A model generated the notes under the pieces. That model made no database searches, was not told the origin of the DNA, and was given only the letters and a program-made list of their open reading frames with translations. Both the position numbers and the translations under genes were made by a program. Below, in pieces: positions 47,866 to 61,022 of a stretch of 64,000 nt of DNA (position 1 is the first letter of the stretch; the number at the start of each line of letters is the position of its first letter). The stretch comes from Carcharhinus longimanus (lineage: Eukaryota). Where the stretch lies: NCBI GenBank assembly GCA_030264375.1, contig JASCQW010000099.1, positions 46,051,067-46,115,066 of the forward strand, read 5' to 3'.

Positions 47866-49933
47866 GTGAAGCATCAGTGCCTAACTTACTTTCGGTATTT
47901 ATATAAAACATATAATTTAACATTGTCTTGATGCAACAAATGGCCAATTTAAGGCTTTGATTTGGCCTTGTGCCATTTTCCTGCCACACATGTTTTTCTC
48001 TTAGCCTAAAAAGACACTGGGGGGATTCTCCAAGCCTGCTAGTCCCGATCGCAAATTGTGATGGCCTGGAGAATTGGGAATCAGCGCAAAAGTGGGTTTT
48101 GCGCCAGTCGCCAAACCTGTTGTGACTCATGCAAGTATGGTGTGGGAAAAATCATCCATTATTTGTGAGTGGGGGAGGTGGTGTTGTCCGTCTTTGGTGA
48201 AGGGTTGGGGTTGCTGGTACTCCCTTTGCTCCCCTGGTCAGTGCTGAGGGTGGGGGAGAGGGGGGGGGCACCATTTCTTTTTTATGGAGGAGGGAGCCAG
48301 TGAGTAAACATGGAGATTGGGTCACCATTTAAATATGGCAGCCCGGTCTGGGAAAGTTGGCGGTTTGTCCGCTATGAATAATTTGCATCCAATAGACGTT
48401 GCTGTCACCAATGGGTAACAATCCAGTCTCCCGCTGGCGTGGGTGATTAGTCCCAGTTCAGGAGAATAGTCGCCATTATTTGAAGGACAACATTTTCCTG
48501 AATATTATTAATAAAGGAAGAAAAGCAAGTCAGCGTCTTTTGTTGTTACTTGATTCAAAGTGATTGGGGAATTATATTTATAGTATAATAATGCCTACAT
48601 GACAACAGCCACTGCAAAATCATTCATTAAAAGTGAGGTGTTTTATGAACTTTCTGAAATATGAGACAGGATGCGATATAAATGTCAGTCGTTCATAGGT
48701 TGGCATTGCTACCATTGCTCTTCTGTGTGCATTATTGTACTAGCTAGGCCTTTGCTCTTTTCAAAATTATAATTGGACTCTGAGCCATGTCTCTTTATCT
48801 CACTCCTGTATCATACTTATCTTCAGTTAACTAATCAAGCAATTACAGCTTTGAAACTTTTTGTGCAATGATTAGGACTCAAGTCCAGAAGCACAGCATT
48901 AACTGATCGGTAAATTAATGAAAGAGAGATGATATTGTGATGCATATTTATATAATAATACCTACCAGGGTAGAATATGGAATTAAATGATGTGTGGACA
49001 TAAAATTATTTCACAAAACAGAACTTTGGTTATACATTATTTCAATTTCAAGTTTTTATTTCAGTTCTGCCCATTGGATTGGATGCATGCAGTCAGTGTA
49101 ATGCAAGAGAAATTGTAATGATTCCATGTACAATGGATGAGTACAAGGATTCTTCATATTCACTTTTTTATGCATAGTTGTTGATCATTTGCATAATTGC
49201 AACCATAGGAATGAAACTTTATTCACTGTGGTCGTGGCTTTTGAGTTACCCATGTATGAATTGGACTGAAGATTAAGCTTCTTTGAATTGAAGAAGATTA
49301 AACAAGCTACAAAATGGTTCATTTTGTGCTGATTGTCACATGGTGATGATTTTTATAAATTCCAGTCGTGTGCAAGAATTAAGGTACTAATATCTCTCTG
49401 TTAAGCTAGTTCTTGGCTTGCTATTTTGGCCTAATTGGCCTGTATAACAAGAAAATGCTTCAGAAGACTATATAACAAGAAGATGGGGCTTATTAAACTA
49501 ACTGAAAGATGACGGTATCACAGTGTAGACACACAAGCAAGAGTTTGAGATATGGTCATTTTAGTTTTTCTACATTACGTCATTCTATTTATGACAAAAT
49601 CCCATTCTGTCTCTCCTTTTTTATCATTGATTAACACAGCAATATAGTCACAGAATTAATACATTAAATGGCAGCAGCTAGACTCAGTTTGGACCTCAAA
49701 CTCTTCACTTGCTCACCCTTTATCCGTCTTATGAAAAATACTCAGATGCCCTATTGTGTCAGTTGGAAATCATTGAATAGCCATAAAATTCCATGTGAAA
49801 AGCAACAGACTCTTCTAACCAGCCATGTAAACAGAATCAAGCACCTGCAAAACACCTAGGCCAGGAGTCCATTAAACTCCACAAGTAAATCAAAAACAAA
49901 CTTCAGAATTACTGCCTCAATGGATGCCTAAAT

Positions 49934-49974
49934 ACTAGCCTAGAATTATAACATTGTTGTAATTCTAGGCTAGT
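49934..49974. repeat. 41-bp near-perfect palindrome
   Basis: ACTAGCCTAGAATTATAACA-T-TGTTGTAATTCTAGGCTAGT; 19 of 20 positions are complementary. Confidence 0.95.
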
Positions 49975-50451
49975 CTTTTAATTGTATGAAGTATATGTTA
50001 CCTTTTTATCTATTTTTAACTAATCTGCACGCTGTTCCACATTTGCAATATGTTGGATAATGGAACTAATTTTAATTAAACTGAATTTGTGGGTATTAGA
50101 AATAGGTTTTAGCTTTATGTTTAACTTACATTCCTTTTAGTGGATTGAAAAGNNNNNNNNNNNNNNNNNNNNNNNNNNNNNNNNNNNNNNNNNNNNNNNN
50201 NNNNNNNNNNNNNNNNNNNNNNNNNNNNNNNNNNNNNNNNNNNNNNNNNNNNNNNNNNNNNNNNNNNNNNNNNNNNNNNNNNNNNNNNNNNNNNNNNNNN
50301 NNNNNNNNNNNNNNNNNNNNNNNNNNNNNNNNNNNNNNNNNNNNNNNNNNNNNNNNNNNNNNNNNNNNNNNNNNNNNNCTGGAAAATTCTGGCCAGCAGT
50401 TTCGGAGCTGTTTGTATGCCTGCAATTTTAGTAAGATTTTACAACCCTTGA

Positions 50452-51657
50452 TGTAGTTTAGGGAGGGTACAACATCAAAATAGAGAAAAAACTGCTTTAC
50501 CTAGCAACAGGAGTCCAGAGAGAGAGATCTACAGAGAACATCAGTTTTCAGTTAGTTGGAGATAATGCTCCAAAATGAAGGGGTACATTAATTATCACTC
50601 TATCTGGATATGCTAGCAGACTGCTAAGGAAAATAAATCTAAGAATCTTGGATGAGTTGCTCTGGAGTTAAAAGTAAAAGTGAATGTCGAGTAAGTCCTG
50701 AATCTCAAGGGCAATACCAAGTTGCCAACAGTCTACTGGGACAGAGAATTGCAGGGAGCAACACCTAAAGGAAAACAGAAAAGTCCCAAGAAAAGCTTTA
50801 AATTAAGACACAGGAAAAAACAGGAATCTGGAAAATGCCCTGTTGAGTGAAGTAAAGAGCAAAGAGCAGAAGAAGGATCCATGTTTAAAGTGAGAAGGCT
50901 ACAGGCAGCAGATTTACAGCAAATTATGCTTTAAATTTATGCTTATGAGAAGCCAGAGATGCAATGAGATGGCTCAAGGTCTATAACTCCTTAGGGCCTG
51001 TAAAGCAATGGTGTTTTGCTGTTGCAGTTGAATACCTGAGCAAGTGTGTGGAAGTTGAAGCTTGAGTGTATGTAGCAGTAGCGGCCCAGGGGACAGGAAT
51101 ATTGGAAAGAGAGATAGAACCCATGGAGATAGGCTCTTCTGGATGGTATCTGAGAGAACACATTGTATGGAAGAAGACTGTAATGCGAGGACTTTGAAAA
51201 TTAAAGTTGGAAACCCCTCTGAGAAAGATAAAGTTCCAATGAAACTAGGTGGATCATGGTATGACAAGCATCTGGGAGGTGATGATGCAAGATCCATGAC
51301 ATCTGTTTGAGTGGAATTTGTTACCTAGTTTCACAATGTGGTGTGTCTGCCCCCAGGTTTACTAGACTGTGTACTTACTGTGAACATTAGTTTATACCAC
51401 AGATTTAGTAACTTGTGCTATGTTCATAAATCTATATACATCTGTAGAGGTATAGTTGTGGGCAAAGGAGTGGTATGTATATGGTTCATTTTTCTTGTTG
51501 AATAAATGTTTTATTCTTTTGTTAAAAGTTAATTAACAGATTGTGCTCAGTAGCTGCTCTCCACAATTCTAAACAAAATAAAAGTTAAGACCTATCAGGT
51601 TTAGTTCCATCCTATGATTTGACTTGTTCAGTAGTAACACCAGGTGGAATCATAACA
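50452..51657 (+). mobile_element. Possible solo LTR
   Basis: Purine-rich body, AATAAA at 51501 followed by a T-rich stretch, and a terminal ..ATCATAACA. The 5' boundary and target-site duplication are not clear. Confidence 0.4.
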
Positions 51658-52914
51658 AATGTTGATCTTTCCCTTGACAGTTTGCCTGTCAGAAGTAAAA
51701 ATCTAGCAAACACATTACCTTCCTCCAGGTGAATTTGGAGGCAGGGGTATTTAATCAGATGGGAAATTGCCAAGCATGGACCTGGCTGCTTTCCCATCTT
51801 TGCCCCAGTTAGTTCCAGAGCAGGAAGGCTCAGAGGAAATGGGAAGTTTTGGGGTCCACATCTGCCCCTATCCCCTTTATACCCTTACCTGATGGCTGCT
51901 TCTGGTGTTGCCCATTCCCCATACCTCCTTGGAGGAGCCTATTAGATGTCAACAGCTCACTGGCTGGATGACAATGAGGGCAGAGAACCAATATTGGGTG
52001 TGCCTCAGGCCAATTCATACACTTGCAGGATTTTGACCAACATTTTGAAAATCCACTGCAATGGAATGCTGGGTTAGCACTGAATGATTACCATCTGCCT
52101 TCTCTCGCCCCCTCTGTATTGTCAGCACTTTTTGTTTTTCTGTATAGCATTCTCCATTTTCATCTAGCCAAAATTGTTTTACAAATACTTTTGCAACCTT
52201 ATATCCAAGAACATGTATCAAGGTAGGCAGAGGATCAGGCTCATTCTTAAAAACCATATGATTAATGTAGCACCTATTTAACAGTCAAAATTAATTTGTT
52301 CTAGCCATTTAATACATGTTATAAATTTTTACTCCTTTTCTATTGTAGAATAGACTATTATTAATAGTTCAGTTGTGAAATTTATCATAAATATCATACC
52401 AGGAAACCAACACACAGGTTAGAAGGCATTTTGTATACCTAGTTAACTCTAATCAAAAGATTTGGCTTTGGTTAGTTATATCCTCATACTATCTCCTTAC
52501 ATAATGTGACATATAATGGACAAAGAAGGTTGATATTTCAACATTGCTGAACAAAGGTAGCTTTTTGTGCTCAACTTCAAGAAGCTTTAATTCCAAATGG
52601 GGCAAAAAAAAGAACAATTAACGTCTTGCCATCTGTGACATTATGAATAGTTCTGTCTGCTAATGTTTCAAAAGGTCTTGATTATTCTCACAAGGTGTAT
52701 TCCGAATGTAATATCTCCTTGTTTTCATGTGCATTCACAGCAGGTCTGTTTGGTCACTAGTTAGCTTATCAATTCTCATTTAGTGGCAAGCCATTTCATT
52801 GCCCTGTGAAAGAACAAGTGCAGTGACTCTGCAGGCAGGTTTACTGAGAGCGATGCGTATATATTTTCTCACTGCAGAAAGACTCTTGCTTGAATGAAAC
52901 ACGTTAAAATGTTA

Positions 52915-53230
52915 AGATAAAAGTAAATTACTGAGAATGCTGGAATCTGAAATTGAAACAGAAAACGCTGGAGAATATCAGCAGGTCTGATAACATTTGC
53001 AGAGAGAGAACAGAGCCAACGTTTTGAGTTTGGTTGAATTGTCTGCAGAGCTAAAGACAACTGGAAATAAGATGAGATTTATACCGTTGTGGGGGCTGGA
53101 TAGAGGGCCAGCGAAAGATGGAAGTGAGGAAGAGATTGACAAAGATGTTATAGACGAGAGGACAAATAGAATGTAAATGGTGCTGATGAAAATATTATCT
53201 GGTTTGGACCGTTGGCTGTTTAATGTTGTC
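52915..53230 (-). mobile_element. Penelope-like element terminal fragment
   Basis: ATGCTGGAATCTGAAA..AAACAGAAAACGCTGGA is the reverse complement of the 31990-32078 family. Confidence 0.65.
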
Positions 53231-54420
53231 AAATAGAATCATTCTTTGGAGAACACTGAATATATAAAACATACTAGCCAGGATTTTCTGGCTGCACTCG
53301 CCCCAAGCTGGAAAATCCTTCTCAAGATCAATGGACCTTTACATGGTCCTCTCTGATCAGGAAACATAAGTCGGGCCTCGTTCCAGCTTTCCAAGCCCTG
53401 GCAGCTTCTGAACCCGTTTCCTGCCTTATTTTGTCCATGAGAGACATGGGCAAGGACAGATCAGGTTTTGTGAACTGTGATGCAATGTGCGAGGAGTATG
53501 GGAAGAGTGGGTGCATAGGTGAGTTGGTTAGAAGGCCAGCTTCAGTTTTCAGGGACCAAGCTTCCAACATCATTGCTGTACTCCTTAAATTTTACCCCTT
53601 ATTCTCTTCACCCCCAAACACATCTGGGCTCCTCCCTGCCTCTTTATCCTCTCAAGTCTCCTTTATGCTGCCTCATATCTCCCATGCCTCTTCATTTCCA
53701 AATGCCCCTTCATTTCTCAATGCTACAATTCTTTGTATCTCCTATGCCCCCTTCATACCACCTCATATCCCTTTACCCCTTCCATGACCCTGTCATATGC
53801 CCCATACCTGCCATGTATGATGCCCAGATATTCATTCAATATCCATTATGGGCAAACCCCAGGAACCATGTCTTTGAAATTGATATATTTTTTTTAAAAA
53901 GTTTCTAACAATCTAATAGAGCTGTCACTCAAGCATATTTCAAACCAAAATCATTCTTGTTCCAAAAAGTCATTCATATAATTTAAATCCCTCAAGTGGT
54001 CAATTAGTTGTAAAAATCATTAATTCATTTATCACATCAAAATATTCTTTCATAGCTTCTTAAAACTATCCATCAAACTGGAAAGACACTCTTTCAAGTT
54101 AAGTTGCACTTTTGCTTCTCAACCAAGCATTCATTGTAGCCCACAACTTGGAAGTGTAAATAGTGGAATCTGTTGAAACTGAAAACATAGATCATCCTTT
54201 TTTTCTAAGTTATAGATGGTGTAATTTCCATTTCAAAATAGATTGCCTGTCAATCAATAAAGTAAAGCAGGTGGTTAGATTGCTTTAACTTTCAACAGCA
54301 GGGCAATATTTTTCAAGTTAAAAATCTCTGGACAATTAAACCTCAGTCCCAAACATGTCCAAAGGGTTTCCCAGCACATTTTTCTGCAGTTTTGAATGCG
54401 TTGCAATACATTTTCCAAAA

Positions 54421-54541
54421 CTCAAAGTTGGTTTATTATTTATTAGTCACAAGTAAGGTTTACATTAACACTGCAATTAAGTTACTGTGAAATTCCCCTA
54501 GTTGTCACAGTCCGGCACCTGTCCAGGTCAATGCACCCAAC
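54421..54541 (-). mobile_element. 5'-truncated HE1-like SINE, alternative tail only
   Basis: TTTATTAGTCACAAGTAAGGTTTACATTAACACTGCAAT.AAGTTACTGTGAAATTCCCCTAG. Confidence 0.8.
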
Positions 54542-54791
54542 TCTAATATATCTCAACACTTAAACAGTGCTGACAAATGTAATAGTTAACTTGCCTTTTC
54601 AGAACAGAGCCCTATAATGAATGTCTACAGTTGAAATGCATTGATATTACAAAAAAAGNNNNNNNNNNNNNNNNNNNNNNNNNNNNNNNNNNNNNNNNNN
54701 NNNNNNNNNNNNNNNNNNNNNNNNNNNNNNNNNNNNNNNNNNNNNNNNNNNNNNNNNNNNNNNNNNNNNNNNNNNNNNNNNNNNNNNNNNN

Positions 54792-54870
54792 ATCTTACTG
54801 AATGGCGGGGCAGGCTCGAAGGGCTAGATGGCCTACTCCTGCTCCTATTTCTTATGTCCTTATGTTCTAA
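54792..54870 (+). mobile_element. HER1/CR1 3' tail emerging from a gap
   Basis: GAATGGCGGGGCAGGCTCGAAGGGCTAGATGGCCTACTCCTGCTCCTATTTCTTATG. Confidence 0.8.
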
Positions 54871-55952
54871 GATGGTCTTTCCAATCATCAAAACATCACA
54901 CAAAAATGGCACAGGAAAGCGTTTCAAATTTGAAATTATTGCAAAAAAAATCCAAGATTTTTTCACTCCTGAACTCATTTCCACCCCACAACCAGACGAA
55001 AATCCAGCCTTGATTTCCACTGCCAGTCCTGTCGGTTTGCAAGGTGAGTGTTGCATGCCTTTGCCAGGACGGGTTTACGGGTTTGCCTGGGCCAAGTGAA
55101 GATATGAATTTACTCGCCAGGTGGACAAAGCCACTTCAAAAAAAAATGCACAGATTTGTAAGATTTTGGGCCTCAATCCCCATCCAAACTCTCATGCGGG
55201 CCCCGCAACCTACAGTAACTATAATCTGTTGGTATGTCCCTGCTGGTTAAACTCCTGCCCAGTCAGAGTCTCTGGCCCAACTCCACCCTTTTATATTGAT
55301 GGTCTTCTTACAGATAAATGGAGTCTCTGAACCCACAAGGTAGTTCAGAATTGTCAGCCCAAGATTAGGTTTTAGATTAACTTTTGGTCATTCTGGCATT
55401 ACTGTGCCAAAGAGAGGGCAGAAGTCCACTAAAATGGCACGTATTTTAGAACATTATTCCTGTTGTTAATATTAATAAGTTGTAAAGATGATTCTGTGAA
55501 GCAACTCTATCCTGTTTATATATTTCAGCTAACTTGTGCAAAGCTAATTCTTTGCTTTTGGTTCTGAGTTCTGCGCTTAAATATAGAAACATCCAGCTTG
55601 TGACAGGGCTGATAGGTATCACCTGTTGTCTCGCCTACCCACTGACTCAATCTCTATCCTTATCTGTTTTGCTCTATTTTGTTCATACTGTTGTTCCTTT
55701 GAATTTTTGTCCCTGTCCCTTCCAATATTCAAATGTATCATTCTATACACTCTTCCTCTTCCCTGCGATCACACCTTACTGAAATCAATTCTTCACACAA
55801 TCCTTTGTTCCTGCTTCTTCTTTTCCAGGATTTTAATATTCTGGAAATCTTTACCTCCTCCAGTCTTTGTTTCCTCCTCCAATCTACAAACTTTCAAAAC
55901 CTAAGCTTGGGATTATGTAGTCGTGACTTTCTTTCCCATCTTTTTAAAAAGC

Positions 55953-56116
55953 TAGTTTATTTATTAGTCACAATAGGCTTACATTAACATTGAATGAAGT
56001 TACTGTGAAAATTCCCTAGTTGCCACACTTGGCATCTGCTTGGGTACACTGAGGGAGAATTTAGCATGGCCAATGCATCTAACCAGCACATCTTTCAGAC
56101 TGTGGGAGGAAACTGG
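55953..56116 (-). mobile_element. HE1-like SINE with alternative tail, truncated by a gap
   Basis: Alternative tail joined to the V-domain end (GGCCAATGCATCTAACC..GTGGGAGGAAACTGG). Confidence 0.8.
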
Positions 56117-59100
56117 NNNNNNNNNNNNNNNNNNNNNNNNNNNNNNNNNNNNNNNNNNNNNNNNNNNNNNNNNNNNNNNNNNNNNNNNNNNNNNNNNNNN
56201 NNNNNNNNNNNNNNNNNNNNNNNNNNNNNNNNNNNNNNNNNNNNNNNNNNNNNNNNNNNNNNNNNNNNNNNNNNNNNNNNNNNNNNNNNNNNNNNNNNNN
56301 NNNNNNNNNNNNNNNNNNNNNNNNNNNNNNNNNNNNNNNNNNNNNNNNNNNNNNNNNNNNNNNNNNNNNNNNNNNNNNNNNNNNNNNNNNNNNNNNNNNN
56401 NNNNNNNNNNNNNNNNNNNNNNNNNNNNNNNNNNNNNNNNNNNNNNNNNNNNNNNNNNNNNNNNNNNNNNNNNNNNNNNNNNNNNNNNNNNNNNNNNNNN
56501 NNNNNNNNNNNNNNNNNNNNNNNNNNNNNNNNNNNNNNNNNNNNNNNNNNNNNNNNNNNNNNNNNNNNNNNNNNNNNNNNNNNNNNNNNNNNNNNNNNNN
56601 NNNNNNNNNNNNNNNNNNNNNNNNNNNNNNNNNNNNNNNNATCAACTTCAATCTTCACTTTAGTTTCTTCTGATGTATTCCCTCCAACTACCATTGTTTT
56701 GTCTTAATACTCCATATTAAAAACATCTAGATTTTGTTTGATCTATAATATTTTGTAGGGTGTCTTCTGAGTCTGCAACTGGCACTGTGCTGTCAGCACA
56801 CAGCAAGTTTATAATACTCTTGCCCCAATTTTTACCCTGGAAGTACACCTAACTTTCTGAGTATTTTGTCTGAATGCAAATTGAATAATATTGGTAATAG
56901 TGTATAGGCTCAACATATTCCTGTCTTCACTTGAAACATATCTAATTATCCATCTTCTAGTTTGATGCTCAATTTTTGGTCCAAATATAGGCTCTAGGTA
57001 AATCTCTCATCATTGCTGTCAATGTAACATTTCAATAATACATATATTGGCTTTGATGATGAACATAGAATGCTTCTTCATAGTACCTGGAGACTATGTA
57101 AACATTTTTGTTCATTTCAAGATATTTATCAAATGTCGTTCTGAAGTTAAATGTCTCTTCTCTTGTTCTTACTCCAAGTCTAAATCCAGACCACTGGGCA
57201 AATCTCATAATGGCTGCTAAATGCCCTGGCATTATGGTGGTGGAGGGTGTCCTATTGGCTGGCTGGGGGAGGGGTGCTTTTATTTAGGTTGGGGATCAGA
57301 CTACCCTTTCAGAACGGTGCCCAGACTTCGCGGTTCCTGGCTTTGCTGGTGTTTTTAGGCCCCACACCTCCAGCTGATGGTGTGAATCTCGCTTCACCGT
57401 TTAAAATATCCAGAGTGTTGTTCAATATGGTGAGAAAAGTCAGCTGCGAAGCCTGCGAGCTTCACACCGGTTTTCTCGCCCATGCCAACACACTGCAGTG
57501 TTTCACCAATCTCTGTTTCAACAGTATAGATGGCATAACATTCCTCTTGAAGAATGAAATGGCCCCACACACTTGCTGTATCTACAATGATGGCTGTTAG
57601 CTCAAGCATCTGTTAGGAGGATAATTTCAAGCTGTTGTCATAATATTGATTTTCTTTTGCACCATATCATTTCAAGTGTGCAATAGTCGGTGTGAAAAAT
57701 ATTCAAGTAAGGAGGATCATAATTCTTCCTCTAACAGCTCAGATTAATTCTCAAGAGTGGTTTCTCTTTTTGTTTTTGCAGAGCTGACAGCATAAACTGA
57801 ACTCTGTAGCCTTTTGAGATGTAGGTGAGCTGCATCCTGACCTAGATGTAGTGGACTCAATATTCAACTTCAGTGAGGGTACAATATAGGGGGGAGCGTA
57901 GCAAGCAGATGAAAAAAGAGAGGAGAATTGGGCATCGTGCACCCTAGGCAGGCAATCCACCACAACCTGTTTTTCACTCCTGCTGTATTTAAGCTGTGAA
58001 TTTTTATTATACTTTCTCGTTTCTCATGCATTTTGGCCGCTGCCACATTGCAGCACTCCCCAACAGAAGAACTTCCACTTATGAGAACTCTTATCCCTAT
58101 TGACAGCAACACTGTGATTGTGAATTTATTTTATTAGAATCCCCTGTATTTGAGGGAAGCTATGAGCCCATATGCTACTCAGTGCTCAGTGTCAAAGTGA
58201 CATTGTTCTGAGCCACAACATCATTTCAAGTATGTGCCTGTCCACTTTCAAATGTGGGCACAAGAACCAAACCATTTCATCTTTGTTCCTTCAAGCGTGT
58301 TTAGATTTATATGATTTCAGAAAAGATTAAATGCAGTGAATTTAGTTGTGATTGATTTTTTTTGTCATGAGGAGCAAAATAAAAATCACAGTTATGCATC
58401 TTCATGAGGAACACTTGACTAATATTGTGCAAAAACGAAGTACCAGTTTTTACATATTGATTTTGACTATTTCTATCTAGGTTAATGCATTTGTGCATTC
58501 TGACATTACTTAATAAAGGCATAGNNNNNNNNNNCATAGCAGAAGAGAGCATATTATAACCATGAGGAGAAGACAGCTTTCTTCTTATGAAGGGCTATGG
58601 CAGCTGTTCATTTTCTGCCTGAATGACTTTAAGGAAAGGCAGTTACCTTGCAAATGATGGATGTTATATGATGCTGCCGTGTCTCCTGAATCTCATAAGG
58701 TTTCTTTGCGCCCTGACAGTAAAAGCTTCACTGTCTGACCAAATATGCTCATTATGTATCAGCGAATTGATTATTAATCATGTTTTTATAGCAGCTCATA
58801 TCACAAGAGCAGTCAACCTTGAGTGTTGAGCTGCACGGGTAGAACTGTGTGAAACCTCTAATGGCACATCACAGAAAATCTGTCTATTGACCAAATCTAA
58901 CTACAAGATAAAAATAACTATGTCAGCAGTAGTTTCTACAGTTTAAGCCCCTTTAGACAAATTTTGTGAAGGTTAAGTAAACAGGAGGTGCCACCGTTTT
59001 TTTTCTATATTGTACCTTGTAGGAGAAAATTACAGAATTATTATGGGAAATCATTCATGCCATGTATTCAACTAATGATGAAATAATTGCTATTGATATC

Positions 59101-60700
59101 ACTAATGCATTATTTCTTAACTAGTAGCTATTACCTGATATTTTATAGAATCATAATTATGCCATCTTAAATGAAATTTCAGTGTGTGCATAATTTAACT
59201 ATTATTTGAAGCAATTTGGTGATTAGAAATATACTCTGGTTAATGAAACAGAAGAACAAATGACCATTATCACAAATCGAGATGCCGAGACATAACATTA
59301 TGTACTGATATTACCACAGTTTGTAATTGGGGATGATGTTCCTCTTTTCAATGAGAAGTGAGAGGACACCCAGATTTTTTTCTGCAATTAATGACCTGGT
59401 AAATACATTTAATTCTCTGGAATGATACTTTCTATTAGCAGTGCATTCCATTGTTACATCTTTTAATTACAGAGAAAAACATGTTCACTCTTGTTTTTCA
59501 TTCAAAGGTATCCTGCCTCTGCTCCTGGTCAGTGGTAACCCCGATTTATAGGTGGCAGGCTGATTATTGACCAAAATCTGAAGTCAACACTTCAGGATAT
59601 TTAAACATTGAGCAGATTGTGTATATAAATACATTTGCGTTAAAAAGATGTGCAAATATGTATGTGTAGTAGAAAATGCACACCTGCATTGTCTAATAAG
59701 TAATAGTCACTCCACTATAAAGAATAGCTTAATTGTGTAAGGACAATGTAAGTTTTGGCAATGTAATAAGCTACCATGTATTAACATGTGTGTCTGCCTC
59801 TCTACGTTCATAAATATGTATGTATGTTATATATATATATGATATGTGTGCTTGTGTGTATGTAGTACATAAAATACACAATCTGTAGTAAGGGCCATTA
59901 ACATTGCTATCTTATTTGTAAAGAGGGTTTGCAACACCGTTCTTCGATACATATACAACGCTTGTTTTCCAGAAAACAAACAGCAGATGTTTTGCACAAA
60001 GCTGAAGTGATTATTTTCCTTTCAACTAGAAATGTCTGTGATACAGAGGTTTTGTAGTGTGTTTCACTGGAGGGCATGGCACTGGGCCCATTGGCGAGAG
60101 CGTAATAAATAGCTGCAGTGTGCTGCAGTTCAGAGGCTATTTAGTGGCAGAAAGGATGACATGAAAGGGATTCAACAGAACAGAGTTTAAAAAAACCAAC
60201 AGGACAGACCCGATCTGTGTCATTCTTGCATCAGTAACGCTGTGGCCTGATTACAGTCTGAAGCTCTGCCATTGGGATACAGCAGGCTGCTTATCAGAAA
60301 TGTGGAGGTGCACCTGCTCCAATTTTCCATCCACTAATTTCAATGGATGGAAAACTGGAGGCAGTACACTGATGAAACGGCCTGTTGCATTCATGTCTCC
60401 TCCTCCAATGCCCTTGGTGACAGCACATCTCATAAATTTTGCCTTCAAAATATACTTGAGAATAAAGTAGTCAGTCATAGAATTGGAAACTTCATCATTT
60501 TTAGTCTCTTTCCCCATTACTTATTGATCGTCAGGTTTCTGGGGATTCTTCCAAAAGAGTAATGTTGAGAAACTTGGCTAGATTCCTCCTGGCTTATATA
60601 ATAACCAAGTCATAAATTCCTATCAGCAATCCAAGGAAGTGAGGACTTATAAACAGTGATTAAATTCATGTTTTGTAATGATACAATCATTGAAAAAATG

Positions 60701-61022
60701 GCATGGCGGCACAGCACGAGGGACCAGGTTCAATTCCAGCCTACGGTAACTGTGGAGGTTACATGTTCTCCTCGTGTTTGTGTGGGTTTCCTCTGGCTAC
60801 TCTGGTTCCCTTGCACAGTCCCAACATGTACAAGTTAGGTTGATTGGCCACGCTAAATTGCACATTAGTGTTCCAAGATTTGGACATTAGGTGTAGTAGT
60901 GAGGTAAATAATAAGGTCACAGGGATAGAGGAACCTGAGTGGGATCTTCTGTTGGAGAGTCAGTAAGACTCAATGGGCCGAATGGCCTCTTTCTGCACTG
61001 TAGGAATTCTATAATTCTATGA
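60701..61022 (+). mobile_element. HE1 SINE with HER1-type tail, diverged
   Basis: V-domain GTGGGTTTCCTCTGG and tail GACTCAATGGGCCGAATGGCCTCTTTCTGCACTGTAGGAATTCTAT. Confidence 0.85.

Larger units (their letters stand above)
6470..58534. other. Twelve assembly gaps (N-runs) scattered across this span
   Basis: N-runs start at about 6470, 7650, 17780, 25757, 32682, 34799, 36855, 40109, 50153, 54659, 56117 and 58525. The first five are 100-N placeholders, and several abut repeats. Confidence 0.98.
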
